A stretch of 64,000 bases of DNA from Heptranchias perlo. Its lineage: Eukaryota. The stretch covers positions 744,001 through 808,000 of the forward strand of contig NC_090352.1 in assembly GCF_035084215.1 (NCBI RefSeq), written 5' to 3'. Both the position numbers and the translations under genes were made by a program. The notes beneath the pieces are model-generated. The model saw nothing but the letters and a program-made list of their open reading frames with translations. It was not told the origin of the DNA and did not search any database. Below, piece by piece: positions 25,568 to 39,293 of the stretch (position 1 is the stretch's first letter; every line of letters begins with the position of its first letter).

Positions 25568-27642
25568 TTTTATTCATTCATGGGATGTGGGCGTTGCTGA
25601 CGAGGCCAGCATTTATTGCCCATCCCTAATTGCCCTTGAGAAGGTGGTGGTGAGCCGCCTTCTTGAACCGCTGCAGTCCGTGTGGTGAAGGTTCTCCCAC
25701 AGTGCTGTTAGGAAGGGAGTTCCAGGATTTTGACCCAGCGACGATGAAGGAACGGCGATATATTTCCAAGTCGGGATGGTGTGTGACTTGGAGGGGAACA
25801 TGCAGGTGGTGTTGTTCCCATGTCTCTGCTGCTCTTGTCCTTCTAGGTGGTAGAGGTTGCGAGTTTGGGAGGTGCTGTTGAAGAAGCCTTGGCGAGTTGC
25901 TGCAGTGCATCCTGTGGATGGTACACACTGCAGCCACAGTGCGCCGGTGGTGAAGGGAGTGAATGTTTAGGGTGGTGGATGGGGTGCCAATCAAGCGGGC
26001 TGCTTTGTCCTGGATGGTGTTGAGCTTCTTGAGTGTTGTTGGAGCTGCACTCATCCAGGCAAGTGGAGAGTATTCCATCACACTCCTGACTTGTGCCTTG
26101 TAGATGGTGGAAAGGCTTTGGGGAGTCAGGAGGTGAGTCACTCGCCGCAAAATACCCAGCCTCTGACCTGCTCTTGTAGCCACAGTATTTATGTGGCTGG
26201 TCCAGTTAAGTTTCTGGGCAATGGTGACCCCAGGATGTTGATGGTGGGGGATTCGGCGATGGTAATGCCGTTGAATGTCAAGGGGAGGTGGTTAGACTCT
26301 CTCTTGTTGGAGATGGTCATTGCCTGGCACTTGTCTGGCACGAATGTTACTTGCTACTTATCAGCCCAAGCCTGGATGGTGACCAGGTCTTGCTGCATGT
26401 GGACATAGACTGCTTCATTATTTGAGTGGTTGCGAATGGAACTGAACACTGTGCAATCATCGGCGAACATCCCCATTACTGACTTTATGATGGAGGGAAG
26501 GTCATTGATGAAGCAGCTGAAGATAGTTGGGCCTAGGACACTGCCCTGAGGAACTCCTGCAGCGATGCCCTGCGGCTGAGATGATTGGCCTCCAACAACC
26601 ATTACCATCTTCCTTTGTGCTAGGTATGACTCCAGCCACTGGAGGGTTTTCCCCCGATTCCCATTGACTTCAATTTTACTCGGGCTCCTTGGTGCCACAC
26701 TTGGTCAAATGCTGCCTTGATGTCAAGGGCAGTCACTCTCACCTCACCTCTGGAATTCAGATCTTTTGTCCATGTTTGGACCAAGGCTGTAATGAGGTCT
26801 GGAGCCGAGTGGTCCTGGCAGAACCCAAACTGAGCATCAGTGAGCAGGTTATTGGTGAGTAAGTGCCGCTTGATAGCACTGTCGACGACACCTTCCATCA
26901 CTTTACTGATGATTGAGAGTAGACTGATGGGATGGTAATTGGCCGGATTGGATTTGTCTTGCTTTTTGTGGACAGGACATACCTGGGCAATTTCCCACAT
27001 TGTCGGGTAGATGCCAGTGTTGTAGCTGTACTGGAACAGTTTGGCCAGAGGCGCAGCTAGTTCTGGAGCACAAGTCTTCAGCACTACAGTCGGGGCCCAT
27101 AGCCTTTGTTGTATCCAGTGCACTCAGCCGTTTCTTGATATCACGTGGGGTGAATCGAATTGACTGAAGACTGGCTTCTGTGATGGTGGGGATATCGGGA
27201 GGAGGCCAAGATGGATCATCCAGTCGACACTTCTGGCTGAAGATGGTTGCAAACGCTTCAGCCTTGTCTTTTGCACTCACGTGCTGGACTCCGCCATCAT
27301 TGAGGACGGGGATATTTACAGAGCCTCCTCCTCCCGTTAGTTGTTTAATTGTCCACCACTATTCATGACTGGATGTGGCAGGACTGCAGAGCTTTGATCT
27401 GATCCATTGGATGTGGAATTGCTTTGCTCTGTCTAGCATGTTGCTTCCACTGTTTAGCATGCATGTAGTCCTGAGTTGTAGCTTCACCAGGTTGGCACCT
27501 CATTTTTCGGTACGCCTGGTGCTGCTCCTGGCATGCTCTTCTATACTCCTCATTGAACCAGGGTTGATCCCCTGGCTTGTTGGTAATGGTAGAGTGAGGA
27601 ATATGTCGGGCCATGAGGTTACAGATTGTGCTGGAATACAAT
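25568..27642 (-). mobile_element. LINE family B, longest copy (copy 3, about 2.1 kb of ORF2 RT region)
   Basis: [22 protein letters not shown]; the T-rich tail TTTTATTCATTC at 25568. Confidence 0.93.
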
Positions 27643-27649
27643 TGGGGGA

Positions 27650-28020
27650 AGCCTGGCCTGGTGTGGGCTTGGACGGAGGGAGGGAGGGAGGCCCGGTGTC
27701 AGCTCTGAGGGAGGGAGGGAGGGAGGTCCAGTGTTGGCTCTGAGGGAGGGAGGCCTGGTGTGGGCTCTGAGGGAGGGAGGGAGGGAGGCCCGGTGTGGGG
27801 TGTGAGGGAGGGAGGCCCGGTGTGGGGTGTGAGGGAGGGAGGCCCGGTGTGGGGTGTGAGGAAAGGAGGCCAGATGTGGTCTCTGAGGGAGGGAGGGAGG
27901 GAGGTCCAGTGTTGGCTCTGAGGGAGGGAGGCCCGGTGTGGGCTCTGAGGTAGGGAGGGAGGCCTGGCGTGGGCTCTGAGGGAGGGAGTCCCAGTGTGCG
28001 CTCTGAGCAGGAGGCCCAGT
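27650..28020. repeat. G-rich minisatellite of about 27 bp (GAGGGAGGGAGGCCCGGTGTGGG[G/C]T[G/C]T)
   Basis: Imperfect tandem units. One unit remnant at about 25540-25565 suggests LINE B copy 3 inserted into the array. Confidence 0.85.
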
Positions 28021-28778
28021 TTCTCAGAGGGGACTAAGACAAACGTTCGGCCCCACATTAGCATATGCAAGGTGGCTGCCCACGGAAGCCTGAAAATTGT
28101 CCGAGGTCACTTTGGTGGACATTTCTCAGGAGTCCTTGGGGTGCTGGGCGTCGCCCTGCAAAATTGGCCATTTTTGGCCCCATTTTCTCCATGTGAAACC
28201 TTTCCTCGTCCTTCAGGTACTGATCGATCTGCTTTATGTTTCCAGCATCGTCTGTTTCTATTTCAGATTTGCAGCATTAATGGTTCTTCTCTGAAAGGCC
28301 AGATAGCCAGTCAGACCCCCACACACCCATCAAAGGTTGGAAGGTCTCCTGTGCAGGATGTTACCTTTCCAAACCAAGACTCACTTCAGGAAATCACAGC
28401 CAATCGGGCAGGGTTCAGATGCATTCAATTTATTTTCACAGTACATGTGACCCGAATATTCCCACTAAAGTGTGCGTGACCATTGGAAGCTTCATTGGGG
28501 AAACAGATATCTGTACGGGATGAATGAAGACAATCCAGGAAAATATGTTCACGCATCAAAACAATCCTTCGGTTTTTCTATTCCCATCATTGATCCTGAC
28601 TTGAGCTCCACAGATATGGAGGGGAAAAGCTGTAGCGGGACCTCAGTTATACTGATGTCCCTCATGAGATGGATAAACACAATCTGAGTATCCTGTTAAT
28701 GATCAATAAAATTATATGAACATTTTTAGTTAAAGATTGTATTCTATTAGGAAAGATTGAGGAGGCTGGGGCACTTTT

Positions 28779-31700
28779 AGAACCATAGAAAAGATACAGC
28801 ACAGAAGGGGGCCATTCGGCCCATCATGTCCGCGCCGGCTCGAAGAACAACCAGGTGCCCATTCTAATCCCACCTTCCAGCACCCGGTCCGTAGCCCTGC
28901 AGCTTACAGCACTTTAGGTGCAGGTCCAGGTACTTTTTAAAAGAGTTGAGAGTCCCTGCCTCTACCACCAATTCGGGCAGTGAATTCTATACACCCACCA
29001 CCCTCTGGTTAAAAAAGTTTTTCCTCATGTCCCCTTTAATCCTTCCGCCAATCAGCTTAAATCGATGTTCTCTAGTTCTTGAACTCTCCGCAAGGGGAAA
29101 CAGGTACTTCCTGTCTACTCTATCTGGGCCCCTCATAATTTTGTACACCTCAATCAAGTCTCCCCTCAGCCTCCTCTGCTCCAAGGAAAACAATCCCAGC
29201 CTATCCAATCTCTCCTCGTAGCTGCAATTTTCATGCCCTGGCAACATTCTTGTAAATCTTCTGTGCACCCTCTCCACAGCAATTACCTCCTTCCTGTAAT
29301 GTGGTGACCAGAACTGCGCACAATACTCCAGCTGGGGCCTTACCAGCGTTTTATACAGTTCCATCATTACATCCCTGCTTTTGTATTCTATACCTCGGCT
29401 AATAACGGAGAGCATTCCGTATGCCTTCTTCACAACCTTATCTACCTGTACTGCCACCTTCAGGGACCTGTGCACATGCACTCCAAGGTCTCTCACTTCC
29501 TCCACCCCTCTCAATATATTCCCGTTTACTGCGTATTCCCTTTTACTGTTTGCCCTCCCAAAGTGCATTACCTCACACTTCTCCGTGTTGAACTCCATTT
29601 GCCACTTTTCCGCCCACTCCACCAACCCATTGATATCTTCTTGGAGTCTACAGCTATCCTCTTCACTATCAACTACACGGCCAATTTCTGTGTCGTCTGC
29701 AAATTTGCCAATCATGCCCCTTACATTCAAGTCCAAATCATTAATATACACCACAAACAGCAAGGGACCCAACACTGAGCCCTGTGGCACACCACTGGAA
29801 ACGGATTTCCATTCACAAAGACATCCATCGACTTTTACCCTTTGTTTCCTGTTACTGAGCCAATTTTGGATCCAATTCGCCACATTTCCCTGTATCCCAT
29901 GGGCTTTTACCTTTCTGACCAGTCTGCCATGTGGGACCTTGTCAAATGCCTTACTAAAATCCATGTAGACAACATCCACTGCACTACCCTCATCAATCCT
30001 CCTTGTCACTTCCTCAAAGAATTTAATCAGATTTGTAAGGCATGACCCTCCCTGAACAAATCCATGCTGACTATCCCTAATTAAACCATGCCTTTCCAAG
30101 TGACTGAGAAACATAGAAAATAGGAGCAGGAGTAGGCCATTCGGCCCTTCAAGCCTGCTCCGCCATTCAGTATGATCATGGCTGACCCTCTATCTCAATA
30201 CTATATTCCTGCTCTCTCCCCATACCCCTTGATGACTTTTGTGTCTAGAATTCTATCTGTGGTAGAGAATTCCACAGGTTCACCACCCTCTGAGTGAAGA
30301 AATTTCTCCTCATCTCAGTCATAAATGTCCTACCCCGTATCCTGAGAATGTGACCCCTCGTTCTGGACTCCCCAGCCAGGGGAAACATCCTCCCTGCATC
30401 CAGTCTGTCTAGCCCTGTCAGAATTTTAAATGTTTCAATGAGATCACCTCTCATTCTTCTAAACTCATGTGAATACAGGCCGAGTCGACCCAATCTCTCC
30501 TCATTCAATAGTCCTGCCATCCCAGGAATCAGTCTGGTGAACCTTCGCTGCACTCCCTCTATGGCAAGTATATCCTTTTTTAGGTAAGGAGACCAAAACT
30601 GCACACAATACTCCAGGTGTGGTCTCACCAAAGCCCTGTATAACTGCAGTAAGACATCCTTGCTCCTATACTCAAATCCTCTTACAATGAAGGCCAACAT
30701 ACCATTTGCCTTCCTAACTGCTTGCTGCACCTGCATATTTGCTTTCTGTGACTGGTGTACAAAGACACCCAGGTCCATTTGTACATCAACATTCCCCAAT
30801 TTATCACCATTTAAATAATACTCTGCCTTTCAGTTTTTCCTTCCGAAGTGGATAACTTCACATTTATCCACATTATACTGCATCTGCCATGTATTTGCCC
30901 ACTCACTCAACTTGTCTCAATCGCCTTGAAGCTTCTTTGCATCCTCCTCACAACTCACGATCCCACCTAATATTGTGTCGTCAGCAAACTTGGAAATATT
31001 ACATTTGGTTCCCTCATCCAAATCATTGATATATATTGTGAATAGCTGGGGCCCAAGCACTGATCCCTGCGGTACCCCACTAGTCACTGCCTGCCACCCC
31101 GAAAAAGACCCATTTTTTCCTACTCTCTGTTTCCTGTCTGTTAACCAATTTTCAATCCATGCAAGTTTATTACCCCCAGTCCCATGTGCTTTAATTTTGC
31201 ACACTAACCTCTTATGTGGGACTTCATCAAAGGCCTTTTGAAAATCCAAATACACCACATCCACTGGTTCTCCCTTATCTATTCTACTAGTTACATCCTC
31301 AGTTTATCCTATCTCTCAGTATTGATTCTAATAGTTTGCCCACCACCGAGGTAAGACTGACCGGCCACAATTGTTCGACCTTTCCCTCGTACCCTTTTTA
31401 AACAATGGTACTACGTTTGCAGTCTTCCAGTCCTCCGGTACCTCCCCTATATCTAGTGAGGATTGGAAAATGATCCTCAGAGCATCCGCTATTTCCTCCC
31501 TGGCTTCCTTCAATAGCCGAGGAAACAATCCATCCGGCCCTGCTGACTTATCAACTTTCAAGGATTCCAGTCCCTCTGGTACTTCCTCTCTCGTTGTGTT
31601 TACCTTATCCAATTTTTCACACCTCTCTTTAACTACTACGTATGGATCATCCCTTTCCTTTGTGAATACAGAGACAAAATATTCATTTAAAACCCTACCC

Positions 31701-32367
31701 ACATCCTCTGCTTCTCCATACAAGTTACCCTTATCATCCCTGATAGGTCCCACCTTTTCCTTAGCTATCCTCTTGTTCTTAATATATTGATAAAACATCT
31801 TTGGGTTTTCTTTAATCTTACTAGCTAATATTTTTTGATGCCCTCTCTTTGCTTTCCTTATTTCCTTTTTTACGTCATCCCTGTACTTTCTAAACTCCTC
31901 TCGGCTTTCTGCAGTATTTAGTTTTCTGTGACAGTCATAAGCTTTCTTTTTCTGCTTTATCTTGCCCCGTATACTTCTAGAAAACCAGGAGGCTCTAAAT
32001 TTGGCAGTGCCACCCTTTTTCTTTGAGGGGACGTGTCTGCATCATACCCGTAGAATTTCACTTTTTCGTGCCTCCCACTGGCTTGCCACTGATTTCTCCT
32101 CAAGTAGTTGTGTCCAGTCCACTTCTGCCAAATCACCTCTTAGTTCTGTAAAATTTGCCTTACACCATTTTAAAACGTTTACTCCTGATTTAACTCTGTC
32201 TTTTTCCATAATAATGCTAAAACTAACTGAATTGTGGTCACTATCCCCAATATGGTCACCCACTGTCACTTCACCCACTTGCCCATCTTCATTTCCCAGG
32301 ACTAAATCTAGAATTGCATCCCCTCTTGTTGGGCTTGTCACGTACTGGCTAAAAAAGTTCTCCTGGA
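28779..32367 (-). mobile_element. CR1 copy A (28779-30103 and 31300-32367), 5'-truncated in the APE domain
   Basis: 375-aa RT ORF (KFADDTE) plus upstream ORF2 pieces (QENFFSQYV, DSDHN). Confidence 0.92.
30104..31300 (-). mobile_element. CR1 copy B (different subfamily) nested in copy A
   Basis: Own 3' end AGAAACATAGAAAATAGGAGCAGGAGTAGGCCATTCGG; RT motifs YLDFQKAFD and KFADDT. Confidence 0.92.
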
Positions 32368-32500
32368 AAAGAGAAGACTGAGAGGAGACCTGATAGAGGT
32401 CTTTAAATTTATGAAGAGGTTTGATAGGGTAGATGTGGAGAAATTCTTTCCACTTGTGAGTGAGTCCAGCACAAGGGGGCATAAATATAAGATAGTCACT

Positions 32501-34096
32501 AGGCACATAGGAACAGGAGGAGGCCATTTAGCCCCTCGAGCCTATCCCGCCATTCAATGAGATCATGGCTGATCTGTGACCTAACTCCATATACCCGCCT
32601 TAGCCCCATATCCCTTAATACCTTTGGTTAATAAAGATCTATCAATCTCAGATTTAAAATTAATAATTGAGCTAGCATCAATTGCCATTTTGCAGAAGAG
32701 AGTTCCAAACTTCTACCACCCTTTGTGTGTTGAAGTGTTTCCGAACTTTACTCCTGAAAGTCCTGGCTCTAATTTTTAGGCCATGTCCCCTGGTCCTAGA
32801 ATCCCCAACCAGCAGAAATAGTTTTTTTTCTATCTACCCTATCAGTTTCCCGTAATATCTTGAAAACTCCGATCAAATCACCCCTTAATCTTCTAAATTC
32901 CAGGAATACAACCCTGGTTTGTGTAATCTCTCCTCGTAATTTAACCCTTGGAGTCCAGGTATCATTCTAGTAAATCTATGCTGCACTCCCTCCAAGGCCA
33001 ATATATCCTTCCTAAGGTGCCACAGTTTTGTCTATTCACTTAATCTATTAATATCTCTCTGTAATTTTATGCTTCCATCTACACTGCTTACAATGCTGCC
33101 TATCTTTGTGTCATCAGCAAACTTGGATATGTGGCTCTCTATCCTGTCATCTAAGTCGTTAATAAATGCAGTGAATAGTTGAGGCCCCAACACAGATCCC
33201 TGTGGGACACCACTAGTCACATCCTGCCAATTTGAGTACCTGCCCATTATCCCTACTCTCCGTCTCCTGCCGCTCAGCCAATTTCCTAACCAGGTCAATA
33301 ATTTGCCCTCAATTCCATGAGCTTCAACTTTACCTAACAGTCTCTTATGTGGGACTTTATCGAATGCCCTCGAGAAGTCCATATAAACGACATCCATTGA
33401 CATTCCCCTGTCCACTACTTTAGTCACCTCTTCAAAAAATTCAGTCAGGTGTGTCAGACATGACCTACCCTTTACAAATCCATGCTGGCTCTCTCTGATC
33501 AGCTGAAAATTTTCAAGGTGTTCAGTCACTCTATCCTTAATTATAGACTCTAGTAATTTCCAGACAACTAACAGGTCTGTAATTCCCTGGTTTCCCTCTG
33601 TCACCTTTCTTAAATAGCAGAGTGACATGTGCAATTTTCCAATCTAAAGGAATGTTTCCTGAATCGAGAGAACTTTGGAGGATTATAGTTAGGGCATCTG
33701 CAATGTTCTCACCTATTTCCTTTAAACTATCTGGTCCTGGGGATTTGTCACTCTATAGTGCCATTATTTTCTTCATTACTGTTAATTTGCTTATGTTAAT
33801 TATGGTGAGTCCCTGTCCTGATTCAAAATTAATTTCCTTGGGGTGTCCGGCATGCTGTCCTCTGCCTCTACTGTAAATACTGATGCAAAGTCATTATTTA
33901 ACATGTCCGCCATTTCCCTATTTTCATTTTACAGTATCACCATTATCAGTTTTTAAGGGGCCCACAATGCTCTTGAACACCCTCTTTTTCCTAATATAAT
34001 TGTACATTTTTTGTGTTGATTTTGATATCCCTTGCAAGTTTCTTTTCATACTCCCTATTTGTAGCTCTTACTATCTGTTTTGTCACCCTTTGCTGT
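32501..34096 (-). mobile_element. CR1 copy C with internal deletions
   Basis: RT ORF 33032-33634 (KFADDTK); about 0.3 kb missing near 33020 relative to copy D. Confidence 0.9.
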
Positions 34097-36369
34097 TACA
34101 TAGGAACATAGGAACAGGAGTCGGCCATTCAGCCCCTCGTGCCTGCTCCGCCATTTGATAAGATCATGGCTGATCTGTGATCTAACTCCATATACCTGCC
34201 TTTGGCCCATATCCCTTAATACCTTTGGTTGCCAAAAAGCTATCTATCTCAGATTTAAAGTTAGCAATTGAGCTAGTATCAATTGCTGTTTGCAGAAGAG
34301 AGTTCCAAACTTCTACAATCCTTTGTGTGTAGAAATGTTTTCTAATCTCGCTCCTGAAAGGTCTGGCTCTAATTTTTAGACTGTGCCCCCTACTCCTAAA
34401 ATCCCCAACCAGCGGAAATAGTTTCTCTCTATCCACCCTATCTGTTCCCCTTAATATCTTATAAACTTCGATCAGATCACCCCTTAACCGTCGAAACTCT
34501 CGAGAATACAACTCCAATTTCTGTACTCTCTCCTCGTAACTTAACCCTTGAAGTCCGGGTATCATTCTAGTAAACCTACGCTGCACTCCCTCCAAGGCCA
34601 ATATGTCCTTCTGAAGGCGCGGTGCCCAGAACTGCTCACAGTACTCCAGGTGCGTTCTAACCAGGGTTTTGTATAGCTGCAGCATAACTTCTGCCCCCTT
34701 GTACTCTAGTCCTCTTGATATAAAGGCCAACATTCCATTTGCCTTCTTGATTATTTTCTGCACCTGTTCATGACACTTCAATGATCTATGTACCTGAACC
34801 CCTAAGTCCCTTTGGACATCCACTGTTTTTAACTTTTTACCATTTAGAAAGTACCCTGTTCTATCCTTTTTTGATCCAAAGTGGATGACCTCACATTTGT
34901 CTACATTGAATTCCATTTGCCACAGTTTTGCCCATTCACCTAATCTATCAATATCGCTTTGTAATTTTATGTTTTCATCTACACTGCTTACAATGCCACC
35001 AATCTTTGTGTCATCGGCAAACTTAGATATGAGACTTTCTATGCCTTCATCTAAGTCGTTAATAAATATTGTGAATAATTGAGGCCCCAAGACAGATCCC
35101 TGCGGGACTCCACTAGTCACATCCTGCCAATGTGAGTACCTACCCATTTTGCCTACTCTCTGTCGCCTTTCGCTCAGCCAACTTCCTAACCAAGTCCGTA
35201 CTTTTCCCTCGATTCCATGGGCTTCTATCTGAGCTAACAGTCTCTTATGTGGGACCTTATCAAATGCCTTCTGGAAGTCCATATAAATAACATCCATTGA
35301 CATTCCCCTGTCCACTACTTTAGTCACCTCTTCAAAAAATTCAATCAGGTTTGTTAGGCACGACCTATCTTTCACAAATCCATGCTGGCTCTCTCTGATT
35401 AACTGAAAATTCTCGAGGTGTTCAGTCACCCTATCCTTAATTATAGACTCCAGCATTTTCCCCACAACAGATGTTACGCTAACTGGTCTATAATTCCCCG
35501 GTTTCCCTCTCTCTTCTTTCTTAAAAAGCGGAGTGATATGTGCAATTTTCCAATCTGGAGGGACAGTTCCTGAATCTAGAGAACTTTGAAAGATTATAGT
35601 TAGGGCATCTGCAATGTGCTCATCTACTTCCTTTAAAACCCTGGGATGTAAACCATCTGGTCCTGGGGATTTGTCACTCTTTAGTGCTATTATTTTCTTC
35701 ATTACTGTTGCTTTACTTATGTTAATTTTATCGAGTCCCTGTCCCCGATTCAGTATTAGTTTTCTTGGGATTTCCGGCATGCTATCCTCTTTTTCTACTG
35801 TAAATACTGACGCAAAGTAATTATTCAACATGTCCGCCATTTCCCCATTGTCAATGACAATATCCCCACTTTCAGTTTTTAAGGGGCCAACACTGCTCCT
35901 GACCACCCTCTTTTTCCTAATGTAACTATAAAAGTTCTTCGTATTGGTTTTGATATCCCTTGCAAGTTTCTTTTCATGCTCTCTTTTTGTAGCCCTTACT
36001 ATCTGTTTTGTGACCCTTTGTTGATCTTTGTATCTTTCTCATTCACCAGGATCTGTGCCATTTTTTGCCTTTTTGTATGCCCTTTCCTTATGTCTTGTAC
36101 TGTCCCTCACCTCTTTAGTTGTCCATGGCTGTTTTTTTTTGGTGAGTAGAGTTCTTTCCCCTTAGGGGTATAAACTGGTTCCTTACAGTGTTAATTTCTT
36201 TTTTGAACACCTCCCACTGATCTTCTCTTGTTTTACCCATTAACAGATTTGCCCAGTTTACTGTGGACAGTCTCTGTCTCATCCTGCTGAAGTCAGCCTT
36301 ACCTAAATTTAGAATCTTAGTAGCTGGTATGGATTTCTCCCTTTCAAACACAACGCTGACCTTGATCAA
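34097..36369 (-). mobile_element. CR1 copy D, young, with an uninterrupted 574-aa RT and C-terminal ORF
   Basis: ORF 34182-35906 has all RT motifs ([35 protein letters not shown]); tail ACATAGGAACATAGGAAC. Confidence 0.95.
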
Positions 36370-38089
36370 CTTTCGGAGGAATTTCTTTACACAGAGAGTG
36401 GTGAGAATGTGGAACTCACTACCATATGGAGAGGATGAAGCACAGAGCATTGATACATTAGGGGGAGGTTTGATCCATACATGAGGATACGTGGGCAGGG
36501 TGGGAAGAGGTAATTGGAGTTGGAGGAAGTTTGTGTGGAGTACAAATTAGCTGTAGGTTCTATTGAATGATAATTTGGACTGTTGAAAGTTGGGAGGGCA
36601 TTTTATTTATTTATCATTTATAGTCATTGATCTCAATGGTGTTTGTGGGATCTTGCTGTGTGCAGTGGCTGTGGGTGTGCTGTGTTTGGGCACCGTGTGT
36701 GGCAGTAGCACGAGGAGCTGACCTCATTCTATAAATTGTCAGCTTATTTCAACAAATGATTGGCTGTCCCAGTACGTGACACAGGAGCCGGGCAGGGATA
36801 TCCAGCACCAGCAGCTCTTAAAGGGCTGCAGTTTGTCCTTAAAGCTGTGCTGCCACTGAAGAGGTACAGAAAGGGCTGGAACAATGGTGGATCTGAGAAC
36901 TGCTCTGTTCAGTGCAGCAGCTTTGAAACTCCTGAAAGAAGGGTGTCCCTTTTTGGAGCGATGGGTCACCATCTAGTGAAGGGTGGCAGACTGAGTAATG
37001 CTATCACTCCCACCGAACCTGGGAGCAGGTGAGGAAAACATTTCCTGGTCTCAGGAGGTTTCCAAGGGAAATGTCCTTACGTTTTGCTTCATTTTACATG
37101 ACTACAACGCTTCTGATTGCACATCGAACCAGGTAGCCCATCAACATTGGAAATGTAGGGCTACCTACTAACGAGGAGCTCGAGGGGGTACTGGGACATC
37201 TCCTTCCCTCGGGGGAAAGACTAGTCACCCAGCGACACTCCTCACGTCCTCCTCCCACCAGGAGGCAAATGGTCAGAAAGTTGATGGCACACAGCAAGGG
37301 GAAGCACTGGGGTAAAACACCGAGTGCCCCTGGTCGGTCAGTGAAACATACAGCTGTTGTCACACGAGCTGCCCTGGACTGCGTTCAGCCATGTCCAGAA
37401 AGGATTGGGTCACAGCAGGAATTAGAACATACGCCTGCTTCAGATTAATTGCAAATGTTTTCCAGGTTAAATTGCCATTTAACCTTTGTCCCGTTGAATA
37501 AACAGTAACATGATATGATTGGCCACTGCTGTCACTAGGACTTTATAGATTAAAGATACTGTAATAAAAGAAGGGCAAGTGGACAAGTCTAACTCAGAGT
37601 ATTCGGAAATACCTCACTGACCAGACACCCTTAGCTGATTAGTGGAATCAACTTGGCTGGATCTATATTTACAGGTTATTAATGTAATCAGAAAATAGGA
37701 AGGAACAGGTTTAAAGATCTGAGCCTAGACTTATAGAAATCTCTGAATTTTGTTACAAACTTTGTCAGAGGATCAGTAACACAAACTGGGTAATGGGGAC
37801 AGGCACAGGGTTAATGGAGACAATTGATGTCCAGGTGTTAATGCAGATTTATTCACTCGCTTCAGATTTAGATATCCTGCATTGAAAAGAAAAAATACAA
37901 AAGGATACAGAGAAGGGGCAGAGAAATGGGACTGGACTAGACAGGACCAGATTAAGAGCTAGCACCCGCACAGGCGATGGGCCGAATGGGCTTCCTATGT
38001 GCTTTTCTATTTAAGTCTAATTCAAAATATATTTTTGTATTAATGTCATGCTCTGGGAAGAACAGCTCCATTGCTCAGAAATGGCCTAT

Positions 38090-38467
38090 ATTTTTAATTC
38101 GTTCTCCGGCATTTATTGCCTATCCCCGAGTTGTCCCAAGAAGGTGATGGTGGGTCTTCTCCAACCTCTGGTAGTGATTTGATACAACTGAGTGGTTTGC
38201 TAGGGCAGTTAAGATTCAACCATATTGATGTGGGACTGGAGGTACATGTAGGCCAGACTGGGTAAGGACGGTAGGTTTCCTTCCCTGGAGGACATTAATG
38301 AACCAGTTGGGTTTTTCAGATAATTCGACTGCTTCACCATCACTTTTACTGATTTCATTTCTGATTTTTTAAAAACTGAATTCAAATTCTCAAACTGCGA
38401 CAGTGGGATTTGAATTCACATTCTCTGGATTATTAGTCCAGTAACAGAACCGTCACACCACCCGTCC
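38090..38467 (-). mobile_element. tRNA-headed SINE with a 3' tail homologous to LINE family B
   Basis: Minus-strand head GGTGGTGTGACGG...GTGAATTCAAATCCCAC (A/B-box-like). The tail GGCATTTATTGCCTATCCCCGAGTTGTCCCAAGAAGGTGATGGTG aligns to the LINE B 3' end. Confidence 0.72.
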
Positions 38468-39215
38468 CACCCATTGTTGTACGAGGCAGGCAAACTGGAT
38501 GAGTTGTTGGGAGCAGTGGTGTGTTCCTTTTCATCTGCTGCAGTGACGTCTCGATTCCACTTTGGAACGTAGAGCAGGTGTATTATACAAAAAATTCTCA
38601 TTGGAAACGTAGGCCCTGAAATCCACAGGCATCTGGTGTCCAGACCCACTCTTGACCTATGCCATTGACCCTGCCAAAGTTCACGGGGTCAGGGGGAGGT
38701 CTATTATTTGCATGCCTATGGTGGGCTGGGGTGTAACTGGGGGGGGCCTACTCTCCCCCGGGGGCTGGGTAAGTATTGGCCCCATCTGGGAGAAACTTTT
38801 ATCTGACCTGCAGCCCCTTATAAAGGGGGCCATCTTAAAGTGTCAACTGTCCAGATCTTCAGGGTCCAATTCTGGCCTGGACCTGAGGAACCTCACAACT
38901 GCTGGCTGGCCGATCGGAACATCTGACTCCCCATCATGACTCCCCTACAATCACACCCCTACAGGGCTGTGCTGGAAATGTTGACACTAGGCCGGGATGT
39001 GGTCCCATTCCGGGACGTGGGGCTCCGGGCTCCCAGCCTGGTTTCTGGCCATTCTAATGGGATTGCGCTAATGTTACGGCTGGTGTACCCGGAATGGCTG
39101 TAGATTTCTGGCCCCTTGATGGCCATGTTTTCCTAGATTGTTTAATCAAAAGGATGTCAGACTTCTTTGTAATTCCTGGGCAGCACTTAGGGCAAGGGTC
39201 ACGGAACTGCGGGCA

Positions 39216-39293
39216 GGGACACGCCTCCGCGGGCGGGGACACGCCTCCGCGGGCGGGGACACGCCTCCGCGGGCGGGGACACGCCTCCGTGGG
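39216..39293. repeat. 21-bp CpG-rich tandem repeat (GGGACACGCCTCCGCGGGCGG) x about 4
   Basis: Directly visible. Confidence 0.92.

Larger units (their letters stand above)
28749..36540 (+). mobile_element. Old + strand CR1 3' fragment split into three pieces (28749-28778, 32358-32500, 36370-36540)
   Basis: The pieces read consecutively as ERLRRLG / LEKRRLRGDLIEVFK...RGHKYKIVT / FRRNFFTQRVVRMWNSLP. Confidence 0.75.
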
